Shown here in pieces: positions 1 to 20,754 of a DNA stretch of 64,000 nt. This DNA comes from Eledone cirrhosa (taxonomy: Eukaryota), in contig OZ024760.1 in NCBI GenBank assembly GCA_964016885.1, positions 33,418,001-33,482,000 on the forward strand, given 5' to 3'. A program made the translations under genes and the position numbers. The notes below the pieces were generated by a model. That model was not told where the DNA came from, did no database searches, and saw only the letters and a list, made by a program, of their open reading frames with translations. Within the stretch, counting starts at the first letter, position 1. Each line of letters begins with the position of its first letter.

Positions 1-610
<610 letters not shown>

Positions 611-782
611 TTCCGCACGCCATCTCACAGTCTGTGGCCTACTCCAGTGCCACGGAACACCCGCCAATCGCCTTAGGGTCGAACAACGAACTATCTTCAT
701 CTTACAGACCCACACTCCCCCCGGCCTGAACACCCCACCCTTATTCCTTTAGCCTTCGGCCGCCCCCCTCCCCCACATATAC

Positions 783-866
<84 letters not shown>

Positions 867-1119
867 CTATATATATATGTATATATATATATATATATGT
901 GTATATATATACATATATATATGTATACATATATATATATCTATATATATATATACATATATATATCTATATATATATATATTAGAAAGTGAGGTTTTTT
1001 TTACAAAATGAAAAATAACCGAGGTGTCCTACACGAGTGAATGTATAAAGAAAAAGAGATGAAATCGAAAATGCAACTGAAGTCTTATTTTTTTTAAAAA
1101 TATATATATTTATTTGGTG

Positions 1120-1157
1120 CCTTTATCGGTTTCGCAGTTCTTCTGCTTTTCAAAAGG
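1120..1157 (-). ncRNA. Minimal type I hammerhead, U3-A8 core variant, in a non-coding insert at about 984-1590
   Basis: Minus strand reads CCTT-TTGAAAA-GCAG aagaa CTGC-GAAA-ccga-TA-AAGG: stem I, core, stem II, GAAA, NUH=AUA. Confidence 0.7.
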
Positions 1158-1665
1158 TGAGTTGAGATGGAGGGTCTGTGGTTTTTCTCACATCTGGTTG
1201 GTCTCTGAATGCTACTTGTTTTATATGGAAAAAGTGGCTCGAAATTCCAGGTTTTTCGAGAAGTAATTTGATTGGTTTGTCAATAATTATAATAAATTTC
1301 GCGCCAGTTCGCGTTACAATAGTTCTTCAAATAAGAGAGGGGGGGTTGTCACAGGTTGTTTTTTCATATATGAGTGTTTGAATTTCTTTTTACTTTGAAA
1401 AATGAGGCTCACGAAGGCTTTTTTTTGGTTGGTTATAAATGAAATTTGGCTGTCACGTGAACAAGTTTTTATTACATTTTTGCGCCCTTATTTGGAAAAC
1501 TATTCTGTAGTCTTTATAGTGAATGTTATGACAATGGAGAGATAGTGGTCAAGAGAAAAGGGATTGGGAGAAATGTTCTGGTTCAGTGAATATATATATA
1601 TATATATATACATATATATGTATATATATATATATATACATATATATGTATATATATATATATGT

Positions 1666-1705
<40 letters not shown>

Positions 1706-1717
1706 TTAATATAGATG

Positions 1718-1768
1718 AGATTCTACAGGACTAGAACTGTTTCAATTTTTAGAAATCATCAGGAATCT
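1718..1768 (-). ncRNA. Type I hammerhead in a probable PLE pLTR fragment (about 1702-2250)
   Basis: Minus: AGATTC-CTGATGA-tttctaaaaatt-GAAACAG ttctagtc CTGTA-GAATCT; 6-bp stem I, 4-bp stem III, weak stem II; TATAAA and CCAAT upstream on the same strand. Confidence 0.7.
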
Positions 1769-2254
1769 GGGTATCAAAAAATAAGTATGGTATTTATAGG
1801 TCTCTTCAAATGGTAGGAGAGGGTAGGGAGTGGGATGGGTGTAGGTCATTGGTTGATAGAAAAGGGAATTCATTAAAAGCTAATTCTACAAAACTATAGT
1901 TTATTTATATTTTTATTTTTAGAGTAACAAAGGCAGAACGAATTCTATAAACAGTTTCAGGATGGGGTACCACTCTTTATTATTAAGTTTCTCTTAAGCT
2001 AACAGGTGTCTATAAGATCGGTGGTTGTTAGTCATGGTTGATAGATTTAAAGGAAAGGGAGATTTTTTAAAAGCTAAATTCTTTAAGGTTCTACTAAGTG
2101 ACAAAGGTTTAGAGAATTCTGTAGACAAATTCAAAATATTGAGTGCATATCATACAATTATCTTCAAATTTCTCTTAAACTATTCAACTATATGCCAAAA
2201 AACAACAGACACATTCACAAACACATTCACTCACACACTCGCGCGCACCCATAA

Positions 2255-2983
<729 letters not shown>

Positions 2984-2984
2984 A

Positions 2985-4230
2985 AAACGTTTATGAGGTA
3001 GACCCACAGACCTACAATAAGCTGGCAAAATATGCCATCACGACCACCTACAAAAAGGTAATAGAGATGGCACTGACTGAGACAAACGCGGCCGGAAAAT
3101 AAATCGCCAAGTCCCTTAAACTACACGACCGAACCGCACATTTAAGGGTAAAGACCCCGCACTTTACCCTGAAGGACCATAAGGGAAACTTCCTCAATAA
3201 ACCATCAGTCAGACTTATCAACCCCACTCGTTCAGACATCGGCTCTATCAGTAAGAAGATCCTGGATAGAGTTCTACCATCATTGCGGGCTGCCTCACCA
3301 CTCCCACTCTGGAGCAGAACATCTGAGGCAATATCCTGGTTCCAAGAATTACTCGACAAACACCACACTCGCTTCCTGCAACTCGACATAGAAAACTACT
3401 ATGCCTCTATCTCGGAGCCCTTCCTGAAGGACGCAATTAACTTTGCCAGGAATTTTACCACCATTACCGATGCTGAGCAAGTTGTTATCCTCCACGCTCG
3501 TAAAACCTTTCTATAACACGATGGATCTTACTGGATCAACAAGAAATCTCAGACCCCATTTGACGTTAGCATGGGAGCGAGCGACTCGCTGAAATTAGCG
3601 ACCTTGTGGGCTTGTACATCCTACATTACCTGAAGAACCTCTTTACCGGCTTAACCGGAAGATTATACCGAGACGACGACCTCTTCGCCCTGCATAAGGT
3701 TAATCCCAGAACCACCGATGGGTTTCGGAAAAACTTAAGCTCGTTCTTCTCTAATCTAGGATTTAGTATAACTATAGAATCTAATTTGACTAGGGCCAAC
3801 TTCTTAGATGTCACTTTCGACCTAGATACTTCCCTCTATTACCCGTACCACAAACCTAACGAGTCCCTTAGATATATTAATGTTAATTCTAACCACCCCC
3901 AAAACATCACTGATAACCTAGTAAAAAGCGTCTCTATTAGAATATCTGGCCTCTCCGCCAACAAAGATATTTTTAACGCCTCTGCATCCTACTACAATGA
4001 CGCCCTCGCACGCAGCGGATTTAAAGAAAAGATAACCTACCTAGAAAGCACCGCAAGATGGCAGAGGAGGAATAGGCATAGGCAGATTAGCTGGTACAAC
4101 CCTCCTTTCAATAGAAAGGTATCTACACCGATAGCTAGGATTTTCTTCACTTTGCTGAAAACACACTTCCCCATACAACATAGTACTACACCATCTTTAA
4201 TAAGAACACAATAAGACTCTCCTACTCTCT
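2985..4230 (+). pseudogene. Naiad-type PLE reverse transcriptase fragment (stops and frameshifts)
   Basis: Motifs FLQLDIENYYASIS, FDVSMGASDS, LYRDDDL, NFLDVTFDL, SNHP, WYNPPF in ORFs 3283-3516 and 3606-4214; both ends in TA. Confidence 0.85.
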
Positions 4231-4231
4231 C

Positions 4232-4982
<751 letters not shown>

Positions 4983-5388
4983 TTACTGTAAGATCTTCTA
5001 GGATTGGTTTCTTTACTGTATTTGGTTTTATCAGGATAACCGGATTTAGAAAGCGCGTTATTATAGTAATTGACGTTAGTATCAAAAATGTTTTTATTAG
5101 ATGATAGGTTTGATATTCTTTTTCCAATTTTACTAACTATAGCATTTTTAATGTTAGTGGGGTGGCTAGATTTAAAATTAATATAATTTAGATTCTCATT
5201 GTTTTTATGGTAAGGGTGTTTTTATAGGCCAGTGTCAAGATTATATCCAAGAAGTTAGCTAGTTTGATGTTGTTATCAAATTCAATTTTTAAGTTATGTT
5301 GGTTAAAGAGATCACGTATATTGTTCTTAATAATATTAAGGTTAACTATGTTGCAATTTAAGATAGTAAAAAGTCCATCGTCCCGATA

Positions 5389-5392
<4 letters not shown>
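4983..5392 (-). pseudogene. Naiad-type PLE RT fragment (relative of the 45886-48722 element)
   Basis: IYRDDGLFTILN...LANFLD in ORF 5188-5403; similar to 47870-48262. Confidence 0.85.
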
Positions 5393-6252
<860 letters not shown>

Positions 6253-6316
6253 CTATATATATATATACATGTATATATATATATATGTATATATATATAT
6301 GTATATATATATACAC

Positions 6317-6392
<76 letters not shown>

Positions 6393-6393
6393 G

Positions 6394-6468
<75 letters not shown>

Positions 6469-6496
6469 GTATACATATATATATATATACATATAT

Positions 6497-6564
<68 letters not shown>

Positions 6565-6777
6565 CGTTTCTGAATTTGTTTAGCAAGATTCTTTATCTGA
6601 AATCGTGTGTTGAAACCGATATTGTTATACTTTGGGAGGGTCATGTTGCCAATAAGAAACACACGCACCAGTTGCTTTCACTTCAATTTAATTTATTAAA
6701 TATTTATAAATTTACAAATTTATAAATTTCTGGTTGGTTGGTTGGTTCCACAACCAGATAGTTGTTTATATATATAT

Positions 6778-6822
6778 AGTCATAGTTCTTTCGTCACACA
6801 CTCTGTGACCTCTTCAGTGACT
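6778..6822 (-). ncRNA. Family A minimal hammerhead (also 11051-11095 -, 21657-21699 -, 31822-31866 -, 35874-35918 -, 38880-38924 +, 51920-51962 -)
   Basis: AGTCA-CTGAAGA-G-GTCACA gagtg TGTGAC-GAAAG(a/g)aCTA-TGACT in every family A pLTR. Confidence 0.85.
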
Positions 6823-6904
6823 GGGGATTTCTTTCTTCGTTTCTGTGTCTTTCCTTTCTTCTATCCTACGCCATTTTGTTTGTGTGTGGGTTGCGTGCTC
6901 AGTT

Positions 6905-6924
6905 TGCGCATGCGCCACATCCGG
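6905..6924 (-). promoter_or_regulatory. Candidate pLTR promoter motifs: GCGCATGCGCA (NRF1-type) next to CCGGATGT (ETS-type)
   Basis: Present in all family A pLTRs; TGCGCATGCG is also in family B at 43187-43196. Confidence 0.4.
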
Positions 6925-7107
6925 GTGTCTGTGTGTGTTTGTGTTCATTTTTCTATTTTTCTATTTATATTTTTTTTTATTTGTTTGTTTATTTATTTAT
7001 TTATTGTTGGTTGGTTGTTTGTTCTATGTGTGTGTGTGTTTTCATTTTGTGTGTGTTTTCAATTGTAAGTTGTTTGTTCGATGTGTGTGTGTGTTTTCAT
7101 TTTGTCC

Positions 7108-10100
7108 TTAATTGTAAGTTGTGATGTTGCTGTTCCACTCATATTTTCTATTTAATTTTGGTTTTAATTCTTTTATGCTTACTGCCTCTGTAATTTGCCT
7201 AAACATTGCGTCTTTCTTGTGTGTGGATTCTATTTTTATTTCTATGCTCTCTAATTTACCCCTGTGTTCTATCTTAGCATGTTGGTAGAGCACAGATGAT
7301 TCTTTATTATCTTGGAGGTCTCGCCAGTGTTCATTTATTCGTTCCCCTATACTACGAGCTGTCTCACCTATGTACACTACATTTTTGTTTCTACATTGTC
7401 CTTCAGTACATCTTATGCTATATACTACATTTCTAGTTTTACAGTTAATATGGGGGCTTATTTTACAGGTTATACATTTCTTATCTATACATGAGGGTCT
7501 TTGGAACGGGTATGTCTTGCTAATAAGTGTTTTTACGGAGGTACCAGGTCTTTCTACTATCTTAATATTGAGGTTATGTTTCTTTAGGGCCCTTCTAAAT
7601 TTGTAGGCTAGTTCGCCTCTAGGGGTTGTATTGATGAACATTACACTCTGGTATTTATTGCTATCATACCATGAGTTTATTCTATTGGCCTTGTTCTTAG
7701 TTCTTTCTATTCTATTCCAAAATTTGCTCCTATACAAGGGGCAGGTCCCATTTATGTCATTATTTACCATTTTTTCCCATTTGGTTCTGGCTCCTTTATA
7801 CACTCTGATTCTATCTCTCTGATTGTAGCCAGAGAACTGCATACGGTGGATGAAGTGTTGTATGTGTCTCTCTAGTTCTTCGGGGTTGCACATGCGGGAC
7901 ACATTTCTCATCACCCGTACCAAATCCGCAATCAGTATGTTGATTTTGGTATGGTCCGAAATGGCCGAGTTTCGGTGGATCAGATGTTTGGAAGTCATGG
8001 GTTTGGCATAATGGGAATGGAGGATTTGTTTTTGGTTGTTAATAGTATCTAACCAGAGCTCTGTGTCTAGTACAGGTAATCGATGGTTGGGGTGTCTACT
8101 TGGGTAGTCTATAGTAACTCTAATGCTCTGGTGGATGGAGTTTGCTATTTGCTGGATGCTTTCCATTGTGTTTTTCTCTAGTTCCTGACTGTTCTTTAGT
8201 GGGGGTGTCTTAACTACGATGTTTATATCATCTACGTAGCGGGAGTACATTATCAGGGTTAAGCTGTCTTCTAATTGTTCATTAAGTTTTTGTTTAAGTC
8301 TACTGTCCCACCATACCATGAATAAGTTAGCTATGTCGCCTGCAATGCTAACACCAATGGCTGCTCCTTCCTCTTGGGCATATGTTTTACCATTAAATTT
8401 GAACATATGTTCCTTAAGGGTTAGTTTTATGCTGGCCCCTACCGCATGTGCAATCATTTTCTTCAGTTCATCATGGTTTTCGGGTGTCCGTATGGCTCTG
8501 GTCCACCCGTTCCATCTATCTGTGTGGGTTTTCTTGGCCATTGAGGTAATGGTAGGTGGTCTGCCTCTTGCTGGTCTTGTAGGGCACAGGTTGCTAAGGT
8601 CATAAGTGTCTAGGTAACTATTACTATGGGTAAGCTTAAGTAGAAGTCCCAGCTCACTGGTATCAATCCCACGGAACTCAACCTTGCTCTCGCTGATCAT
8701 TTCGACGCATTTCTCCACAGCAAAATCCACGTCAATAGATGGATACAGGGACACAACATCCATACTGCCTATTATGCAGTTTGTTAGGTCCCCAGATCGG
8801 TTACCCGCGCCGATTCTGCTGAGGAGGTCCTCCGTGCTGTCACACACATCTGGGGACATCTCAATGATGGGGCGTATGATCAGGGAGAGGAAGTAGGACA
8901 GTCTGTAGTTACTAGCAATGTTAGCCCCACAGACTGGCCGTGTTGGTGGTCCCGCGACAGGGTCCCAGCCTGTTTTATGGTCTTTACGAAGCCCATACAA
9001 CGCCGGCACGTCATTGTTCCAGGCCTGGAAGTTGTTGGCAGTCCTTTTGTTGGGCTGCATTATATTTGTCCACATCACCATATGGGCATTGAGGGTTTTT
9101 TCTCTATCCTCATGCTCCTGTGGTGTTACCTCTCTTGTGTTAGTGATGTGGGGTTGCATTGCCTGGATGTAGTTTGGCAGGCTGTCAACCGACATTCTGC
9201 CAGACTTGTCTGTTGGAAAGCATGCTATCTCTCCATTACGCGAGCGCTGCATGAGCTTACGCAAGCCACTTGCAGATTCTTCTCCCAGTTGCTGGGCCTC
9301 TATTCTATTATGCTTCTTGCTATACTCTTCTATAATATTTCTAAGTTCGGATTTAGCTATACTAAATTGTGCCTCTGTTTGTTCATCGACCTGCGACGGC
9401 AACTGCGTGCGTTTGTTAAATGGCAAAGTCGTGGCGTGGACTCGTCGTAGGTCGAATGATTTATCGGAGGGGTTATAAAACGGAGAGTTCCAGGCTGTTG
9501 CTTTATGTGTACTAGTGCTATTGTTATTGTTAGTTGTGTTGTTTCTATTTCCACCAACAGCAGCAGCCTCAGCTTCATGGTTGTTTCTATGTCTCTCATA
9601 ATTACTCCTGTCTCTTTCCACTGGCTCAATGTTGTTATCTACCCTATTTTGTGTGTCTGTGTGTTCGTCTTGGTTATTCTCTTTGTCCTTAGTCTCCCTT
9701 CTCCTTTTAATCCTATTACTTTCTCTTATTTCTCTGATTTCTGTGCTACTGTCATTACTTGTTTTCTGTGTCTGTGTGTTTGTTAAGATTGTGGTGAGAG
9801 GCATTGAATGCGTGTGTGTTGTTGTTGTTGATGTGTGTTGTTGTTGATGTGTGTTGTTGTTGTCTCCGTGTGTGTGTGTGTTATCGTTGTTGTGTGTGTT
9901 GTTATTGTTGTTTGTGTTTGCGTGTCTGTTGTTGTTGTATCTGGGTATGTTGCTATTGTTGTTGTTGTTGATGTGTCTGTTGTTGTTATTATTGTCTCCG
10001 TGTGTGTTGTTATTGTTGTTTGTGTCTGCGTGTCTGTTGTATCTGGGTATGTTGCTATTGTTGTTGTTGTATCTGGGTATGTTGCTATTGTTGTTGTTAT

Positions 10101-10917
10101 TGTTGTTTGTGTCTGTGTGTCTGTTGTTGTTGGGATGTGTGTTGTATATGTGTGTGCGTATATTGTTGCTTTTGTTTTTGTTTTTGATGCTCCAGCGTAG
10201 TTTCGTAAATGATTTTTCTATTTCTGACAGACAACTAATCATATTTACCTTCTTGAATGTCGCAAATTTGGGTGGCAGACGTAACACAGACATTTCATTA
10301 TTATCTATTTCCGTGTTTCCATAGATGTTGGTATTTTCATTGTTGAACTCTTCAGATAATGAGGTGTCGGCCATGTTGATACCGTCAATTTTGTTGGGAT
10401 ATCTATTGGTATACTCTATAGTATCCCGATTTAGCTTTGCCTGTTTAAGCCACTTTAATTTTCTGTTAAAGTGCTTATTACATTCTTGAGTAATGTACTG
10501 TTCTTCGGGTCGTATAAGGCTTATAAATGTTAGTTTTTCTGCTGGTGTGGTGATTTTAGATATTTCATCTATTAGGTTACGCTTTAGTTTTTCTTGATGA
10601 CTTAATTCTCTATAGATCTTCTTTTTTATGTTTAGAATTAAAGTTCGTTTTAGCCTATCTGCTTGTTTTTTGGTGAGTTGTAATCTTCTAACGTCGGTAT
10701 TGATGGTGTTGGTGTAGATTCTAGAAGTGGTGCACAGTTTTATGAAGTGTAGTTGTCGAGATGTTATGGTTTTTCGTAGACAACAGAACATGGTGGTTTT
10801 CAGTATCTTGTTAGCCTGGCTAAGGCTTACGATATTTCGTTTCTGAATTTGTTTAGCAAGATTCTTTATCTGAAATCGTGTGTTGAAACCGATATTGTTA
10901 TACTTTGGGAGGGTCAT
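7108..10917 (-). CDS. Intact PLE polyprotein (1269 aa from ATG MTLPKY): N-terminal domain, Asn/Thr/His-rich linker, RT, Cys motif, GIY-YIG endonuclease
   Basis: [51 protein letters not shown], CxxxxCxxC, VVYSIRC...YIGETARSIGERINEH...EA...LN; ATG chosen because MTLPKYNNI is also conserved in family B at 45461. Confidence 0.93.
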   Translation of the reverse strand: MTLPKYNNIGFNTRFQIKNLAKQIQKRNIVSLSQANKILKTTMFCCLRKTITSRQLHFIKLCTTSRIYTNTINTDVRRLQLTKKQADRLKRTLILNIKKKIYRELSHQEKLKRNLIDEISKITTPAEKLTFISLIRPEEQYITQECNKHFNRKLKWLKQAKLNRDTIEYTNRYPNKIDGINMADTSLSEEFNNENTNIYGNTEIDNNEMSVLRLPPKFATFKKVNMISCLSEIEKSFTKLRWSIKNKNKSNNIRTHIYNTHPNNNRHTDTNNNNNNNSNIPRYNNNNSNIPRYNRHADTNNNNNTHGDNNNNNRHINNNNNSNIPRYNNNRHANTNNNNNTHNNDNTHTHGDNNNTHQQQHTSTTTTHTHSMPLTTILTNTQTQKTSNDSSTEIREIRESNRIKRRRETKDKENNQDEHTDTQNRVDNNIEPVERDRSNYERHRNNHEAEAAAVGGNRNNTTNNNNSTSTHKATAWNSPFYNPSDKSFDLRRVHATTLPFNKRTQLPSQVDEQTEAQFSIAKSELRNIIEEYSKKHNRIEAQQLGEESASGLRKLMQRSRNGEIACFPTDKSGRMSVDSLPNYIQAMQPHITNTREVTPQEHEDREKTLNAHMVMWTNIMQPNKRTANNFQAWNNDVPALYGLRKDHKTGWDPVAGPPTRPVCGANIASNYRLSYFLSLIIRPIIEMSPDVCDSTEDLLSRIGAGNRSGDLTNCIIGSMDVVSLYPSIDVDFAVEKCVEMISESKVEFRGIDTSELGLLLKLTHSNSYLDTYDLSNLCPTRPARGRPPTITSMAKKTHTDRWNGWTRAIRTPENHDELKKMIAHAVGASIKLTLKEHMFKFNGKTYAQEEGAAIGVSIAGDIANLFMVWWDSRLKQKLNEQLEDSLTLIMYSRYVDDINIVVKTPPLKNSQELEKNTMESIQQIANSIHQSIRVTIDYPSRHPNHRLPVLDTELWLDTINNQKQILHSHYAKPMTSKHLIHRNSAISDHTKINILIADLVRVMRNVSRMCNPEELERHIQHFIHRMQFSGYNQRDRIRVYKGARTKWEKMVNNDINGTCPLYRSKFWNRIERTKNKANRINSWYDSNKYQSVMFINTTPRGELAYKFRRALKKHNLNIKIVERPGTSVKTLISKTYPFQRPSCIDKKCITCKISPHINCKTRNVVYSIRCTEGQCRNKNVVYIGETARSIGERINEHWRDLQDNKESSVLYQHAKIEHRGKLESIEIKIESTHKKDAMFRQITEAVSIKELKPKLNRKYEWNSNITTYN

Positions 10918-11510
10918 GTTGCCAATAAGAAACACACGCACCAGTTGCTTTCACTTCAATTTAATTTATTAAATATTTATAAATTTACAAATTTATAAAT
11001 TTCTGGTTGGTTGGTTGGTTCCACAACCAGATAGTTGTTTATATATATATAGTCATAGTTCTTTCGTCACACACTCTGTGACCTCTTCAGTGACTGGGGA
11101 TTTCTTTCTTCGTTTCTGTGTCTTTCCTTTCTTCTATCCTACGCCATTTTGTTTGTGTGTGGGTTGCGTGCTCAGTTTGCGCATGCGCCACATCCGGGTG
11201 TCTGTGTGTGTTTGTGTTCATTTTTCTATTTTTCTATTTATATTTTTTTTTATTTGTTTGTTTCCCCAAATGGGAAAAAAATGGTAAATAATGACATAAA
11301 TGGGACCTGCCCCTTGTATAGGAGCAAATTTTGGAATAGAATAGAAAGAACTAAGAACAAGGCCAATAGAATAAACTCATGGTATGATAGCAATAAATAC
11401 CAGAGTGTAATGTTCATCAATACAACCCCTAGAGGCGAACAGTTGTAAGCATAAAAATGTTTTGAACAGTTCTTTGATTCTTATAATTCATATAATTCAT
11501 ATATATATAC

Positions 11511-11541
<31 letters not shown>

Positions 11542-11554
11542 CATATATATATAC

Positions 11555-11667
<113 letters not shown>

Positions 11668-11676
11668 TATATTATA

Positions 11677-12715
11677 TTATGGGCTACCTATGGGCTCTAG
11701 TCTGTCCGGCATACTTGCGATCTCGTACATGGACCACCTAGAACGCAAGGCACTCAATACCTGCCAACCCAACGCCGTCGCCTTCTACTCCAGATACGTT
11801 GATGATATCCTGATACTTACTTCTTCCCGGGAGATGGCGAATGAAATTCACCAAATCTTCAACGATACTGACCAGCACATCGATTTCACCATCGAACACC
11901 CAGGAGAAGACGGGTCACTCGCCCTCCTCGACTTCCGTATCAACATCTCAGAAGAAGGAGACATAAACACCACCTTCTACCGCAAAGCAGCGTGCAAGGA
12001 CTTATTTGTGCATTATAACTCAGCCCTCCCCAACAACGCTAAGAGAGGCTATGTCCTAAATGAACTGACACGGATCACTAACAGATGCAGCGACCCGATG
12101 GGTGGTCTCACCCATACCACGCAATTCCGTAATCTACTCAGATCTAATGGTTATCCCAAGCGACTGATTAACGGAATTAGAGACCCCAGACCCAGTAGAC
12201 TGACACCCACTAGAAAACTTAATATTAGCAGGTGCTTCTTTAAAATCCCCCACCTGAGTGAATATACCACGAACGCCATCCGCAGGGCCATACGGACGGA
12301 GGGACTTGACATACATTTGGCCCACACAGGACCTTCGCTGCGAAGATGCCTCTCCAACAAACCCTACGAGGCAGATGGGACGTGTTCCCTCAGCAACTGC
12401 CCGATACGGGGGGCAGATTGCCTACGCACCTATGTCGTATATAAGATTCAATGCGATAAATGTAACAAGTTTTACATAAGTAGCACCATCCGACCCCTAC
12501 ATGTTCGTATCAAGGAACATATCAACACCAACGCATCTTCCTTCCGTAAACATATCCTTAAATACGGAAACCCACAGGGTAGACCCCTGGTCACAGTCCT
12601 AGCGACTGAACGCAGCATCGGATCCTTAAGGATAAAGGAAGCACTTGTTATTAAGAACCTCAGACCCCCACTTAACAACCGGGCTGAGAGAAATGAGCTG
12701 ACATGGCTAACTTAA
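11677..12715 (+). pseudogene. 5'-truncated PLE ORF (RT C-half plus GIY-YIG), Penelope/Poseidon-like; element extends to about 13550
   Basis: [35 protein letters not shown]...[16 protein letters not shown]...EA...LN; open to the stop codon. Confidence 0.9.
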
Positions 12716-13321
12716 CCATAATGACCATTCACAGCCTACGGCCTGCTATCTTCACACACACGCACGTATATGCATACCCATACGCATACACACACACATC
12801 TATATTTATACACGCACACATGTTTTTACAACCTACCACCTTTCACACCCTTTGATTTCCAGCTTCTACAGCCCACTATCTTTCACACACAAACGCACTC
12901 ACACATATACACACACAGTTACACACACATGTATACCCATACGCTTACACACACACATCTATATTTATACACGCACACATATTTTACAACCTACCACCTT
13001 TCACACCCTTTGATTTCCAACTTCTACAGCCCACTATCTTTCACACACACACACATACTCACACATATACACACTTACACTTATACACACACAGTTACAC
13101 ACACATATATATTTACATACACATATCTTACGGCTTTCACACGCTAACGCACCCTCTTGATTTAACCCATTTGGTCAGTAGCTTTTGCCACAGCCTATCA
13201 CGCGCACGCGCATTCTTTCCCTCGTTTAAATTTTAAATATTTTTCTCCCCATAACGGCATTCCTGTCTTAACGACATCACAACTTTCTCCGCTTGGCCTG
13301 TTTCCCCCCTTTTGGAACTTT

Positions 13322-13357
13322 TCCCCCGTTGATGGGCGTGAGCCCGAAATATTGGGA
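13322..13357 (+). ncRNA. Degenerate hammerhead in the 3' pLTR
   Basis: TCCC-CCGTTGA-T-GGGC gtga GCCC-GAAA-ta-TT-GGGA; stems intact, core has U4C and A6U. Confidence 0.5.
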
Positions 13358-13549
13358 TTAAATCTCTACTACGGTAACCCTTCTACCTTTGTTTTGTTTT
13401 CATCTTTGTCTCTCTCAATTTTCACTTTCACCTGTTTTTCCTATCTATATTTCACTTCCTACCTCGAGATTTCCCTTTGCATTGTTGTGGCTTTCTTAAA
13501 TACGTATTTTTACACATTTCACAATGCTTCAAGCAAACTTTAACACCCT

Positions 13550-15934
<2,385 letters not shown>

Positions 15935-16059
15935 TATACATATATATATATATACATATTTATACATATATATATACATATTTATACATATATATATATA
16001 TATACACATATACATATATATATATATATATACATATTTATACATATACATATATATAT

Positions 16060-16132
<73 letters not shown>

Positions 16133-16136
<4 letters not shown>

Positions 16137-16402
16137 GGAGGTGAGTTTTATTGTAGTACAATAAAGCAATGCAGATATCGGATAAGAAGCACTCTACAGT
16201 TTGTAGGACTGGAGTATAAATAATATATAACTTATATTACTTAGTAAGTAAGTTAATTTTTATAATTTTCTTATTTTACGTCTTTCATATTATTGTTCTG
16301 CATCCCCATGCATTGAACCACAAAGTTACTAAGACAAAACCTATATATTTGCTGGCATAAGTATGCATCTGTATTTATATGTTAGTAGATATACTAATTC
16401 TT
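16133..16402. mobile_element. Short head-to-head fusion of two element tails
   Basis: 16133-16230 matches 45884-45980; 16243-16402 matches 53553-53712; TA on both sides. Confidence 0.7.
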
Positions 16403-16489
16403 TATATATATATATGTATATATATATATGTATATATACATATATATATACATATATATATATATAAGTATATATACATATATATATAC

Positions 16490-16528
<39 letters not shown>

Positions 16529-16563
16529 GATATATATACATTTATATATACATATATATATAC

Positions 16564-16613
<50 letters not shown>

Positions 16614-16633
16614 TCATATACATATATAAATAC

Positions 16634-16682
<49 letters not shown>

Positions 16683-16691
16683 CATATATAC

Positions 16692-20485
<3,794 letters not shown>

Positions 20486-20572
20486 GTAAACCTACTCCAA
20501 AACCTGTTGAGTGCTTTTATATCAGTTATAAAATATTTACTCGTTGAAACCCTACAATTTTAAATAAAACTT

Positions 20573-20610
<38 letters not shown>

Positions 20611-20643
20611 ATATATATACATGTATATATATATATATACATG

Positions 20644-20695
<52 letters not shown>

Positions 20696-20703
20696 CATAT
20701 ACA

Positions 20704-20737
<34 letters not shown>

Positions 20738-20754
20738 CACATATATATATATAC

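Larger units (their letters stand above)
6559..11440 (-). mobile_element. PLE family A copy 1: full ORF flanked by direct pLTRs (6559-7107 and 10832-11262), plus a short inverted ORF fragment at about 11266-11440
   Basis: 6559-6990 is repeated at offset +4273; 11266-11440 is the reverse complement of about 7612-7785; the 3' tail fuses into (TA)n. Confidence 0.95.

Noticed and set aside
611-775. GC-richer island as tRNA, SINE or exon
   Set aside because: No A/B boxes, cloverleaf or recognisable protein motif; probably a small transposon fragment
7312-10324. Antisense ORFs overlapping family A (repeated in the other copies)
   Set aside because: Shadows of the real ORF and of the (GTT)n-rich strand; no motifs
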